This document shows, piece after piece, positions 1-58,889 of a stretch of DNA of 64,000 nt (position 1 is the stretch's first letter; each line of letters opens with the position of its first letter). The position numbers and the translations under genes are program-made. Source of the stretch: Octopus bimaculoides (lineage: Eukaryota); contig NC_068988.1 of assembly GCF_001194135.2 (NCBI RefSeq), positions 80,225,882-80,289,881 on the forward strand, read 5' to 3'. The notes beneath the pieces are model-generated. The model searched no databases. It worked only from the letters and a program-made list of their open reading frames with translations, and had not been told where the DNA came from.

Positions 1-51
1 CCCCTTGTGGCAAAGCTTGAAACCATTATTATTATTGTTGTTATTTTTATT

Positions 52-259
52 AAAGTGGTGAGCTGGCAGAATTGTTAGCGTGCTGGATGAAATGCTGATC
101 AGCATTTCGCCTGTCACAACATTCTGAGTACAAATTCTGCTGAGGTCAACCTTGCCTTTCATCCTTTCGGGGTAAATAAAATAAGTACCAGTTGAACACT
201 GGGGTTGATGTAATTACCTTAATGCCCTCCCTCAAGCTGCCCTTGTGGCAAAATTTGAA

Positions 260-314
<55 letters not shown>

Positions 315-315
315 G
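52..315 (+). mobile_element. tRNA-derived SINE (family with GGTGAGCTGGCAGAA head and (ATT)n tail)
   Basis: Dispersed repeat with further copies at about 2668-2890, 14940-15480 (two in tandem), 27540-27730, 51990-52560 and 55452-55666. Confidence 0.8.
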
Positions 316-673
316 GATTATGATTATTGTTGTTGTTGTGTTTAATAATGATGTTTTACACAGAGCGAGAGGTGTGGGACATAAAGCATATCTAGGTGAA
401 TTGATTGATTACAAGGCAACCAGTTGAGAGGTAAATTGCTCTTTGAAATTTTTGTTGTTTTCATGATAAAGATACTAAAGTTTCAAGAGCCAAGCTCAAC
501 CTAGTTCTAAATAGGTACCATAAGTGATACAACTTATAAGTATAAACTACAGTACTGTATAAATCCAGTACTGTGTTATTTATTGACTTGTGGTGTTGAG
601 TTCAATGCCACTACAAGTAAAACTGAAAAAACTACCTGCAGAGACCAACATCCTACCCAAAAGTTAAAATATA

Positions 674-1950
674 TTGGGTCATCCCATAAATAATGCAGTT
701 TTTATACTTCCTTTATTTTTCAAAATTAAGATAAACAAAGTTCATTTTTAACCTAAAATATAGTTTCCTTCATTTTCTACAATGCTCTTCCATCTATCTG
801 CTAGACTTGTAAGGCCTCTCTGACAAAATTCATTTGACCATGATGAAAAATATTCTTCCACTATTCTTCTGACCTCGTCTACAGAATTCATATTTTTTCA
901 GTCCAAATAATTTTGAAGATTGCAGAATAAATAATAATCAGATGGGGCAATGTCTGGTGTATATGGTGGTTGGGGCATCGTTTCCCATTCAAACTGCTCC
1001 AGCCTTTGGAATATCATCCTTGTTGTATGTGGTCAAGCATTATCCTGATGGTAGAACACCTTTCATCTTGAAACCAAAGATGGTCATTTTTCTTCTAGCG
1101 CTGACTTAAGCCACTCAAGCTGCTCACAGAGATCTCGTTTGTTATCGTTTTGTTTGGGTTAAAAAGTTCAAAGTGAACTAAACCTTTCATATCCCACCAA
1201 ACAGATAACAACACCTTACATGGGTGAAGACCTTCTTTAGCCTGGGGTGCCAGTGTTTCTCCTTTCCCTACTCACTGTCTTTGGTGCTTGATATTTTTAT
1301 AGAGAACCCATTTGTAACTAGTCACTATTTGATCTGAAAAAGTTTCATTTGTGAGACGTGACAGCAAAGAAGAGCACACATTCACTCTCTGTGTGCAAAC
1401 TCAGAAAGTTTGTAAGAAATCCACTGACCCAATTTGCTCACTTTTCCAATGGCACATAGGTGTCAATGAATGGGTGAACAAACAAATCCAAGCTTCCCTG
1501 CTAGTTCTTCAACAGTTACAATGGGATTTTGTTCCACCATGGTTTGTAGGATATCCTCATCAAGCTCTACAGATCTTCCAGGACAAGGCTCGTCTTCTAG
1601 GCTGTAGTTTCCGGCTCGGAATTTCTGGAACCACTGTTGACACTGGCTTACGCTTGTTGTCCAATCCCCATATACTGCATTAATATTCTTTGCACTTTCC
1701 ATTGCATTGTTGCATTATTGAACTCATAAAACAAAATATGCTGAATATGCTCCTTTGTCACTTCCATTATAGCTTTGAAAATATAACTGTTAAAATTGAA
1801 CTGCACTCTTCAAAACTTACACTAAGAATAAGGACAAAGTAAAATTACTACTTGCTTTTATAGCAAGTTAATGCAGGTAGTTTATCCTGTCCCCTTCTGA
1901 CTTTTAGTTCATGCAAGTGTAAAAACTGCATAGTTTATGGGATGGCCCAA
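674..1950 (-). mobile_element. Mariner DNA transposon, decayed, about 1.28 kb
   Basis: TIRs ttgggtcatcccataaataatgcagttttt and aaaaactgcatagtttatgggatggcccaa; TA on the left flank. The minus-strand remnant QQWFQKFRAGNYSLEDEPCPGRSVELDEDIL is a mariner HTH segment. Confidence 0.9.
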
Positions 1951-2399
1951 AAAGTTTCCTGTTTGCTTAATGCTCAGATACCAGAAACCTGTAGCCTGTC
2001 AGGAAAAATGATTAATTAGATCTTAAATAGATATAAGGCAATCATATATATAAATATACAGATAAATTTGAAATAGGATGTTGTGATATTTCTCTGGCAC
2101 ATTACAATTATAAAGTGATACTGTTTCTGCAGAAACTCAAAAAAGGAATAACTGCTTGATTCACATACAACTCAGATCTGAACCATGATATGAAATACAT
2201 GTTTCTGTATCCAGGATATATAAAGTAATACACAAACTGACAAATATCCAATATATACCTAAATAGTGCCTTATCCCAGCTCTATGACATTTTTTAGCAG
2301 ATATAACTTATTTATCAACACCAAATTATTAGCTCTTAATAGACACCAAAGTATCATTTTGCTTATTGTCATCAAAATATACTTAATTAATATAACCAA

Positions 2400-3120
2400 A
2401 CTATTAGACTATTTATCTAAATTGCTGCATTAGTGTATTTAGTAGACCACTGTATAAGTATGTTTAATTAGATCATTGTATTAGTGCATTTAATTAGACC
2501 ACTGTAGTTGTGTATTTAATTGGTGTTTTATTTGTGTTTTAATTTGTACCACTGTGTTAGTATATTTAATTAGACCACTGTATTAATATTTTAATTGGAT
2601 CACTGTACTAATATTTTAATTGGCCCACTGAATTAATATTTTAATTGGACCGCTGTATTAATATATTCATCCAGACTAAAGGTAAAGTGCTAACAGAATC
2701 GTTAGTGCAAGGGAAAATGTTTAGCAGCATTTTGTCCGTCTTCACATTTTGAGTTCAAACGCCATCAAGGCTGACATTACCTTTCATCTCTTTGAGGTCA
2801 ATAAAATAAGTACCAGTTGAGCACTAGGGCCGATTTGATTGACCTGGTCCTGCCTCTGAAATTGATGGCCTTGTGCCAAAATTTGAAACCAATATATATA
2901 TTCACACTACTCTATTAGTATATTTAATTAGACCTCTGAATTAATATGTTTAATTAGGGGCACTGTATTAGTATATTTAATTAGACTATTGTATTACTAT
3001 ATTTAATTAGGCCACGATTTTAATTAACCCATTGTATTAATATGTTTATCTAGACCACTGTATTTGTATTTCTAATTAGACAACTGTATTAATATATCTA
3101 TCTAGACCACTGGTTTGTTT
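2400..3120. repeat. AT-rich minisatellite, about 26-27 bp unit (taattagaccactgtattagtatatt), split by a SINE at about 2668-2890
   Basis: Many degenerate copies visible on both sides of the SINE. Confidence 0.8.
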
Positions 3121-3359
3121 ATTTATCTAACCAAAAGCAATGATAGTCTCATGCAAAAGGGATTCAGTCAGACATATATATCTGTATGATGCTTCATACT
3201 CAGCAATTATTGTGGATAGATTGTAATCACTGTTAATTAGAAATAACTGATAATGTATAGAGTGATGTGTTTCGTTTCTCTATTCATGATATTATTATGG
3301 TGCTACAGCATGGCCACAGCCTTTGGGCTGAAATGTATAAAAGAATAAAAGAATAATAC

Positions 3360-48694
<45,335 letters not shown>

Positions 48695-48829
48695 CTGAAA
48701 ATATTACATATTGTAGATATTTAACAATCAACATTAATTTATGCAATATAATGATTTACATTAGTTAAATTGTTTCATCTTGATAATTTGTTGTATTAAA
48801 TTAAAAATTTAGGCAATTCTATAGATGAT

Positions 48830-51800
48830 ACTAAACTTGAAGTGGTTAAGCCAAAATTCCTTGCATCATGTGGCATCAATGATGTTCTATATCCTGCACT
48901 AATTCTTGTCTGTTCATTTAAAGATCTACAGTGCATAGCTGAAAAAATAAATCTAAAGGATGATTTATCATCTCAGACAGGTTTATTTTTGGACCTAAAG
49001 AACGAGCTAATGAGTAAATTTTTATGATTCAAAGCACATTCTATACATAAACTCTTTGCAATCAATGATGACCTAAAAGTAGAGACTATAGAATTGACAT
49101 ATTTTACTGGAATTAATTGTACTCAGATATAAATAAAGTGTTATGATTGTCTAAAAACGTCACTTAAAACATCCATCTCAGACGTTATTGTAATGGTGCT
49201 GTCAAGATGAGTATATGTTCTTGGATCAATAATAATAGTCATGTTCTCATATATATTTTACTTTACCAACAAGGGCTATTGGATCAATAATCCTGCAGTT
49301 AAGTTCTTATACAGACGTATTTTACATGACCATCAGGGACTATTGCCAACAAGTAATTGAACAAGTTGCAAGAATTGTTGGTCATCCCATTCTTGTAGGT
49401 CCTGTCCTACATATGGGTAAAAAATGCTTGCATTGTGGTAAATTGGACTGTTTCAGTAAATCTTGTGGATGTAAGCCTTCTTTCCAAATCTGTTGGTGAC
49501 ATTACTATTAAAGGTATGAGTTCTAAACACTCTAATGGTGAGGAAGTGACTTTGAATATTAATTATGCAACATATAATAAAATACATTGACTTCCTTCTA
49601 AAGTGAATGGATGTGCACTTCAAATGCAATTGGAAACTGGTGGAGCATGTTCCATCACTCTGGTTTTGCTAATAATAAAGTTACCATTTATTAGCAAACC
49701 TACTGAAAGACATTTAACTTATTATGATAGGTCAAAACTTGAGATTGCTGGCACCACAGCTTAAGGATAACTTCAGAGATATGACAAACAGCACTTCTCC
49801 TTTGCAGTGGTTAATAGCCTTTATAACTCTAGATTAACCAGTGCTGACATTCTGAAAGATATGTTATGCTGCTATGTTTTAAAGTATTATTTACTGCCAA
49901 TAAAAAAAGCTGAAATGGTTAAAATTTCATTATCAGTTACAATTAAAAACAATATCTGTTCAGTGTGCCCAGTATACACAAGAAAAGGAATTTGAAAATG
50001 AACCTCAGCTTTGAAGTAATGAAATTCATATTTCATACATGTATGATGACAATGATACATTACCAATTATAGGGGAGTGAAAGTAAGGTGTAAATTAAAA
50101 ATTGTGAATAAATTACAGAGTAGATATCAATGACAAGATTCAAGCTTTTTCTTATATAACTTTTCATCTCCAAACAATGTCCACTAATATGTAGAGTTAA
50201 TGTTAGGTTAGGTTTTATTTTCCTTCAGTTGTCTTAAAGAGTGCATACTGAAAAAGTTTGTGAGCGAGTGTTTGCAATAGACTTTACTTAGAAAATAAAC
50301 TTCAGATGGGTCTTGAAAATAACAACTCCATTCTTCAAAATTTTATCATCATCTGGAGGGATGATCAAATTAACAGCATAATTAGCAGTAATTGAAGAAT
50401 CAATAAATTACAGTTATTATCAGACTGAAAGGAGCTTGTATATTGATTAATCCAAATTATTTAATTAATTATATATCATCCATATTTTGTGTGAATATTT
50501 TGAAAGATGGGATCCACTGATCATACAGTCTCATAGACAAGATCCAATGGACAGGTGTTTCCAAAGTGAAAGGTAAAGAAAATATTTGGGTTTGATAAGT
50601 TATAGTCGCCAGTTTATACCAAAATTTGCAGGCAAAGTTTAGTTTCTTCTTGCAGCAGAAAGAGAATGTCTTTTCATGAGGAAACACAAGCGTAGCTCCT
50701 TAAATAGACAAAAAACTTCTTACACAATACTCAGTTTTGGTAAAATTGTCTATTCAATATGGAACAACTCTTACAGCCTGTGCTTCTGAATTTGTAGCTG
50801 GAGAAATAATGTCTCAAAATGGAAAGTCCATAAAATATATGTGTCAAACACATGATAGCAATATTGAATGGGAATCTTATGTGGTGACATAGTGGGCTGA
50901 AAGATAAGGATATATTCAATAAGAGAAAATTTTCACACTGGAGATGCTGTCACTGCAGCACACTTTTTCTTTTTTTTCTTTTCATAAAATCTTGATGTTG
51001 TCAGACAAGCTTCTCATCAGATTGTTAAGTGGGTCATCCCATTATCACAAAATGATTTCGAAATTATTTACATGCTTAGGGCAAACCATCAGTCATGTTG
51101 ATGTCCTTAGTATGACAAAAGTACAACTCAAATTAGTTTGTTAAAGTGTTCTTTACAAATGACATTACATTCTGACACAGGTAATAATGAATTTTCTTTT
51201 GCTAATGCTCAAAAATTTGAAGGCATTAAAAATAATTTTAACATAAGTACACTTTAAGTTAAAGTATCATATTGCTGGAAAAGATTGGTCAAGACTAACT
51301 CATTCAGAACAATAATTTGCTAGACATTCTTGTGAACTGACTGTAAAGAATGGTCTAATCTTTAATAAATTAAACAGACTATTTATTCCCAAACTTTATT
51401 GGAAACAACTTCTCAACAATTTATGATATACATATAGCTGTAGAACAAATGATAAAAAAAAGGGAACAAGCACTTGAGTTTGGTGTCTTTATCTTAGCAA
51501 TACTGTAGAACTTGTCAGATTTTGTAACATGTGCTAAAATCAGATTTAAAGGCATCCCTTGCACTGCTAGGTGCATTGAATCACTGCTTTAGGGAAAGAT
51601 TATATTTAGACTGGGGATATGTATAAAATGCTGGGAATGTATCAATCGTAATTGACTCATACACCTCTGGGATTAAAATCCTTTTATGTTCCCGTGGGTG
51701 CATAAGGAAATGTCTATTTTCCAACTTCTCTAACTTTGGTATTCTAATGACAGTCGTTTTGAGCAGTGGACTAGAATTCATTCAATTAAAGGACTGTTTA

Positions 51801-52586
51801 AACTGATTTGATTGCAAGATAATTACACACTTTATCTAATGTTTCCTCAGTTTTTTAGGTGTCAACATATATATGAAACTCTTATACTGTGTAAATTACT
51901 TTTTCATCCTATGATAAATATGTATGCACAATGAATTTATAATGAGTAACAATTATTATTACTGTATTAAAAGAAATGTCTCCTCCATATACTATCATTA
52001 TCATATTAAGAAGAAAGGCAATGAATTGGTAGTAATGTTAGCATGCAGGACAAAATGCTCAGTGGCATTTCTTCTGGCTTTATATTCTGAGTTCAAATAC
52101 CACCAAGATTACCTTTGCCTTTCATTCTATTAAGGTCAGTAAAATAAGAACCAGTTCATTTCTGGGGATCGATGTTTCTGACTTTCCTCTTCCCTCAAAA
52201 TTGCTGGCCTTGCACCGATATTAGAAAGAATTATTAGTGTGTTTAAGGAAATTATTATTATTAAATTAAGAAAGGCAGTGATCAGCTGGCAGAATCATTA
52301 ATCCATTGGACAAAATGCTATGGAATTTCTGATTCTTTATGTTCTAGGTTGACTTTTGCAGTCAATAAAATAAGTACCAAAGGCAGCGAGCTAGCAGAAA
52401 CATTAGCACACCAGAAGAAATGCTTAGCAGTATTTCATCTGTCTAAGTTCAAATTCCACCGAGGTTAACTTTGCTTTTCATCTTTTCAGGGTCGATAAAT
52501 TAAGTACCAGTTGCATACTGAGGTCGATCTAGTCGACTGGCCTCCTCCCCCAAAATTTATGTATGTGTATGTGTGAATACACACAC

Positions 52587-52624
<38 letters not shown>

Positions 52625-52900
52625 TTCATAAACAACATCCCCAAATTTAATGGTACACCAAAAAGTGGTGTGTAAAAGCTTACTTTGCATCAATTGTAAC
52701 GTTTGGAGTATTTACTATAGGTTCTTTTTCAACCATTTCAGTATATTTGATGTCTGTAAGCTATCTCCAGCTGAGGAATCACTTGGCAGTCAATTAGGAG
52801 TGATTATGGTCCCTTTTTAATACTAGGTTTGACAAATGCTTACAAGAACACAATATAATAAAATTCTCTGTGGAGACAAATTATCTGATTCATGCTGACA
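48830..52900 (+). mobile_element. Gypsy-type LTR retrotransposon gag-pol relic, interrupted by SINEs
   Basis: In order: Zn knuckle KKCLHCGKLDCFSKSC (about 49420), protease VNGCALQMQLETGGACSI (about 49600), RNase H-like LTACASEF (about 50770), integrase-like VVLSSGLEF (about 51755), HPKFNG (about 52636) and SPAEE (about 52765). No LTRs recognised. Confidence 0.7.
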
Positions 52901-55451
52901 GAAAACACAATCTGGATTAAACACAAAGCTCATTGAGGCTATTGGAGCAAATAATTTCTAAATATTCTCCTCCAACCAAAACATCAGTTAATCATAATAA
53001 TGTTGTCAATGGACCAGCATCACCAACTTCTCCATCTCATGTAAAGCTACCATTTAATCATGTGACCCATGTGGTAATGGAATGGTTCTAACAGATCAGC
53101 ATCAAGTTTTTCCAGCTACCAGCAGCAGCAGCAGCAGCAGTTCCACCACCACTGCCACCATTACTACTACTACTACCACCACTTCTACTGCTACTATATT
53201 CAATTTACAACACCTTCCATACCACCAACATAACAAGATTTTGCTAATCACATCACCACAACTTAATGAATTGTACATCATCACCATGTTGAAGCTGTAG
53301 AATCACAAAGGGAATTTGGAAGCCACAAACACTGAAACAATTGATCTTTTACAGTTGGCATAATATATTATTTAAAATATTTTATTATTAATTCATAAAT
53401 GTATCCAGTCAATATTTCCACATGATATCTACCTGCCTATTCTGTATTATCAATGTTATGTCAATGTTGTTGTTATAAAGCATTACATGTACTTTTCATG
53501 CCTGCACATGAGCAGGACAGTTTAGGATGACTACCAGTTTGATGTGAAAGAGTTTTATAGTAAGCCTCTTGGCTAATGGTGGTGAACTATAACCCCAGTC
53601 ATAATACACATTGGAAAATGTAAACCCTCTGTTGTGAACTTATATAGAAATATGCAAGAGTGTTACATCATATGACGAGTAATGTAGGGATATAGTTTTA
53701 TCAATGCAAGTAATATCAAGTAATACTACATAGGTATAAAGCAGCAAGATCTTTCTTCTTCTTAGTGGGACGGGAGTGGCGGCCTTCAACTTAATGGTTA
53801 CTTAGGTCATTTGTGAATATTTTAGTTTAACCCTTTAACATTCAGATTACCCTGTCAAGTGTAATGTTTATTTATTCACACTGTGTGGAATTAACCATGC
53901 TTTATCTCATAGCTTTGAAACTTTAATGATGTGATTCTTTATTTTTAAAATGACATTGTAGGGTACCTGCGAGAGGCAAGATCTGGCTGGTTTAAATGCT
54001 AAAGGGTTAAACTCATGCAGTGATTATTTCTAGAACAAATCAATTGAATGGAAGTAATTTCTCCCCGAGCCACATCCCCATGAACAATTTCATAGAATCT
54101 TCAGTAATATTCTCTCCATGTTATTTTCATCAGAGATTCTTGTCTACTTATTGGCTACGAAGACTGGGATGTTAAGAATTAATTAACAAAGAGAGAAAGT
54201 AGTTATGGATCAGTCTGCACTTTGTCCTATATCTTTGCTGGTTTTCTTCCATAGGCTCCATTCATTTTGGATACTTGGCACTTTTTTTATGTAGCTACCA
54301 TCTTCAATTATATTCTATCCATTCTACTTTCATCAAGAACTCTGACCTATTTATTGGCTATAGAGACTGAGATATTTAGAAATAATTAACATTGTATGAT
54401 ATTAAGCTACACTTTGTCGCAATGTAAAACCATTGATTGTCTAGCTGGTACTTTCTTGAATCATAGGAGAGGAAAATTAACAAATTATGATTATTCATGC
54501 CTTCTTTGAGTGTATTTGCAAATTAAGTGAAGTATAATCAGTTCCTTATTTCTAATTAGATATGAAAATTAGTTTCAGACTTCAGTTAGCTAGTGTCATA
54601 TCACAGCAAATATTGTGATATTGTTTAAATAATGAAGTGATATATATGTGCATATATATATAATAGTCTTGGAGAAAGAAGACTGAGGAAGACATGGGAA
54701 GAAGTGGTGAACGTTGATCATTTAAGAATGGAGGACATTAGAGAAAAGAAAGATGACAAGGAACTACTACTATTAGCAGGACATTGCAATGGAGAAGACC
54801 CATGAAATCCATGAAAGCAAAAGAAAATGGAGGTAAAATGATGATGATGGTAGTGGTGGTAAGTGAAGGCCAATTAATAGGATATTTGATATGTATGAGA
54901 GTATAACAGTGATATGGGGAGCTGTGCTTTGTTACAATTATATATATCAATGACTAGGTCATTAGTCATAGATAAAATTTAATGATCTTTTGTCTCTAAA
55001 ATATAATTGTTACAGAATACAATTAGAAATATACTTTATATACTGACATAATTACTCAAAATTATAACAAGTCTGAGTAGGATTCAAGAGACATTATATC
55101 ATTTTAATACAACTCAAGTTTACAGGCATAACAACCTCAAGTTAGAAAAATCAATGATATTTACATTTACAACTGATATATTATTCACATGACTGTCAAC
55201 ATATTTTTTTACACAATGAACTAAGCTTGAATTTAGAGTCTATCAGAGCTGTCTTCAGCTCTATTATGTTTATTATAGGCTTACAGATCATAACACTTGT
55301 GTTTAAGCTGAGCAGTTAATAGGAACTCCTGTGTACTTATAACCTAGATCATATAACCAGAAGTTCCAAACATGGAAGCAAAATCTAGACTTGGGAAGCC
55401 TCAAAGTAAATTTAACCAATAGTAAAGTATTAGTAATATTTTATCAGTAGT

Positions 55452-55666
55452 TAAAAGTTGTGAGCTTGCAGCATCATTAGCATGCCAATCAAAATACTTA
55501 GCGGTATTTTGTCCATCTTATGTTCCGAGTTCAAATTCCACCAAGGTTGACTTTGCTTTTCATCTTTCTGGGGGTCGATAAAATAAGTACCAGCTGAACA
55601 CCAGGGGCAATGTAATTGACTTGCCCCTTCTCTAAAATTGCTGGCTTTGTACCAAAACTTGAAACC
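55452..55666 (+). mobile_element. SINE (first family) with 17-bp TSD
   Basis: AATATTTTATCAGTAGT at 55435-55451 and 55667-55683. Confidence 0.88.
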
Positions 55667-55860
55667 AATATTTTATCAGTAGTAAGTAATGAATCATTTT
55701 TTTAAATGCTTTCATGGATTTCATGGGTCTTCTCTGGTAGAATGTCTTGCTAATTGTTATGGTCCCTTGTCATCTTCTTTCTTTCCTCTAATGTCCTCCA
55801 TTCTTAAATGATCAGCATTTACCACTTCTTCCTATGTTTTCCTCAGTCTTCATTCTCCAT

Positions 55861-57985
55861 CATCATCATCATCCATCATTTTGAATCCGGGTTTTATCCC
55901 TGTTGATGGGGGTGGCCAGATCTACCTCAATGCCATAGCAACTGCCCTGACACCATCTCGCCATCTTGCCCGGTTTTGGGTGTCCTCCTTTCTGAAGCCA
56001 ACCCTCCCAATATCTTCTTCCACCTGTCCCCTCCACGTTTTCCTCGCTCTACCTTGCTTTCACTGTCCATTTACATCAAACTCCTAGCACCCTCTTCAGA
56101 TCATGCACCTCATCCCTCCTGAACACATGCCCATACCACCTCATTTCATTCGCCCTTGCCAACTATTCCACTAATTCTTCCAGCCCCAGCAATCCTATCA
56201 AATACTCATTCCTTCTCTTATCAAACAGCTTTACCCCACACATTTCTCTTGCCCTTGCTCTCTCAGCCCTTCTCAAAATTGCTGTCTCTCTCTTCCTCAA
56301 ACACCATGTCTCACTCCCATTCAGCATTGGCAGCTCTCACACAATTCTTATAGACCCTTCCTTTCATCTTTAATGACAACCTTTTCCCATATAACAACGC
56401 TCCTCATTCCCTGATCTTCACCCAGCCAAGTCTCACTCTTGCTGTCACAGCTGCTTCACACCCACCACTTACATCCACCCTATCTCCCAAATAACAAAAC
56501 CCTCTCACTGTTTCCACCTCGTCACATAGTGTTTCCACTGGTTCCACCAGCCCTCCAACTCCTTTTTCACATCTCCCACAAACGAACTCTCTCACCAGTC
56601 TTGGGGGGTCACCTTCTTCATTTTCGTACACCTACCATTAATCCATTTCTCACATCTCGTACACAACACCACATTTGCCATTACCCTCCTCCCACATGCA
56701 CCACATGGATCCACCTTACTCACTAACACTTCTCCTTCCACCCAACTCACCATCACCTTCAAACACCTCCTTACATTTCCAAAACTTCGCCCCCAATCCC
56801 TCCATCGTCTCACTTATCAGAACAAGGTCATCTGCATAGAGTATCTTCATAATCAATCCCTCTCTTGCACTCTCTGTCACCACATCAACCACTATTGCAA
56901 ACAACAATGGAAACGACACAGATCCCTGATGCACACCAAAGTTTCACCACAAACTCCTCCAACAGCTCTGATCCAATTTTCACTCTTGTCTTTACCCCCC
57001 CCCCCNNNNNNNNNNNNNNNNNNNNNNNNNNNNNNNNNNNNNNNNNNNNNNNNNNNNNNNNNNNNNNNNTCATACAAACTCATCACTGCTCTCACTGTTA
57101 CCTCTAGTACACTGCTCTTCCTCAATGCCCACTCAATTACCTTCCTTGGAACCCTATCAAATGCCTTCTCCAGATCAATGAAGTATATGTACAACTCCTT
57201 CCCCTTATCTCGGTATTCCTCCTGCAATCTCCTTACAATGAACGCTGCATCTACTGTCCCCCTTCCTGGCATAAAACCAAATTGCGTTTCATCCACATCC
57301 ACCCCTTTCCGAATTCTCCTCTCCAAGACCCTTTCCACTATCTTCATTGCATGATCCAATAACTTCACTCCTCTATACGCCCCACAACTCATCACATTCC
57401 CCTTCCTTTTGAAGATTGGTACCACCACAGTACCCAATCACCTGGCATTCCTCTTCCATCCAGCATGCCTTGTCAGAGCTCCATCATCCTAACAATCCCT
57501 ATCCCTCTACTTGCAGTTATCATTTCCACACTTACTTCTGATGGACCAGCTGCCTTTCCTCTTTTCATTTCCTTCATTGCCTCCACTACTTCTTCCCAAC
57601 TAATGCTCTCCACTGGCCCCTTCACCACAGCAACTTCCATCCTCTGATCTCATTCATTTTCCTCATTCATAATTCCCTCCATATGCTCCTTCCAAACTCT
57701 TCCCCTGTCCTTCTCACTAAAATTCAACATTCCATCACTCCCCCTCATGCTTCTTCCTCCTTCATCTCTTCCATCATTTTTCATTGATTTAATAAGCCTA
57801 AACACTCTATCTAGGTTCTCATCCAGTCTGCTCAACTTCTCCTCAGCCTCCTTCCTCATAGATCTCGCAACCACCCTCTTTGCACGATGCTTCATGTTAT
57901 TATACCTGGCTTTCGTTTGCTCAGTCCTATTGTTACATAAAGCTTTGTGCGCCTCCTTCTTCCTCGCTATTGCATCCCTCTCCAT
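55861..57985 (-). mobile_element. RTE LINE (second subfamily), 5'-truncated and frameshifted
   Basis: VVPIFKRKGNVMSCGAYRGVKLL...QFGFMPGRGTVDAAF...FIDLEKAFDRVPR, HQGSVSFPLLF...LYADDLVL; (CAT)n tail at 55861; TCTCCAT at both ends (55854-55860, 57979-57985). Confidence 0.92.
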
Positions 57986-58500
57986 GACTATTATATTTAT
58001 ATGCACATATATATTACTTCATTATTTAAACAATATCACAATATTTGCTGTGATATGACACTAGCTAACTGAAGTCTGAAACTAATTTTCATATCTAATT
58101 AGAAATAAAGATCTGATTACACTTCACTTAATTTGCAAATATACTCAAAGAAGGCATGAATAATCATAATTTGTTAATTTTCCTCTCCTATGATTCTAGA
58201 AACTATTGGTAAGTTGACAGGGTTCCAGTGTACCAGCTAGACAATCAGTGGTTTTATATTGTGACAAAGTGTCGGACACTATCATACAATGCTAATTAAT
58301 TCTAAACATCCCAGTCTCTATAGCCAATAAATAGGTCAGAATCCTTGATGAAAGTAGCATGGATAGAATATAATTGAAGATGGTAGCTGTATAAAGAAGT
58401 GCCAAGTAGCCAAATTGAATGGAGCTAATGGAGTCAATGGAAGAAGACCAGCAAAGACACAGGACAAAGTGCAGACTGATCCACAACTACTTTCCTTCTT

Positions 58501-58690
58501 CTGTTACTAACTGCCAATATTGTGTCTCTCCCATTACTCCCTACCACTGCACTTCCTCTTCTATTACAATCTGCCAATATTGTGTCTCTCCCATAACTCC
58601 CTACCACTGCACTTCCTCTTCTATTACAATCTGCCAATATTGTGTCTCTCTCATTATTCCCTACTGTTACTGTTCCTCTTCCATTACTCC
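58501..58690. repeat. 60-bp tandem repeat, three copies plus a partial
   Basis: ctattacaatctgccaatattgtgtctctcccataactccctaccactgcacttcctctt with exact 60-bp period. Confidence 0.95.
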
Positions 58691-58889
58691 TTTTTTGCCC
58701 TGTCCCACTTCCATTTGTCCTTTCTCTTATATTTTATTACCCCAATCGACACTCTTGAAAGTTTGTCAGTGGAAAAGAGTAGAATATTATTACTTAAATT
58801 CAATAAGATGCCCTGCATTGAATTGTCTATGCGCTGAATTATCAAGCACTGAATTGTCAGTGCTGAATTGTTGGCTCTGAATTGTCCGC

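Larger units (their letters stand above)
54195..58493. repeat. About 640-bp inverted repeat: left arm 54195-54830; right arm 55695-55860 plus 57986-58493, split by an RTE
   Basis: Long near-identical reverse-complement blocks, e.g. gaaaattagtttcagacttcagttagctagtgtcatatcacagcaaatattgtgatattgtttaaataatgaag versus cttcattatttaaacaatatcacaatatttgctgtgatatgacactagctaactgaagtctgaaactaattttc. Confidence 0.92.

Noticed and set aside
1-3359. Search for the terminal exon (WNxDG-type motif)
   Set aside because: No matching spliceable segment found; presumed to lie outside the window.
51581-51781. Minus-strand 66-aa ORF with splice-like ends
   Set aside because: It is antisense to the Gypsy integrase relic and has no similarity to the host gene.
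55285-55343. Possible upstream exon VISTQEFLLTAQLKHKCYDL
   Set aside because: Ends in phase 2 while the next exon needs phase 1; poor acceptor; no clear PH-domain similarity.
58501-58690. Regular repeats considered as a CRISPR-like array
   Set aside because: Units are contiguous with no unique spacers, there are no cas genes, and the context is eukaryotic.
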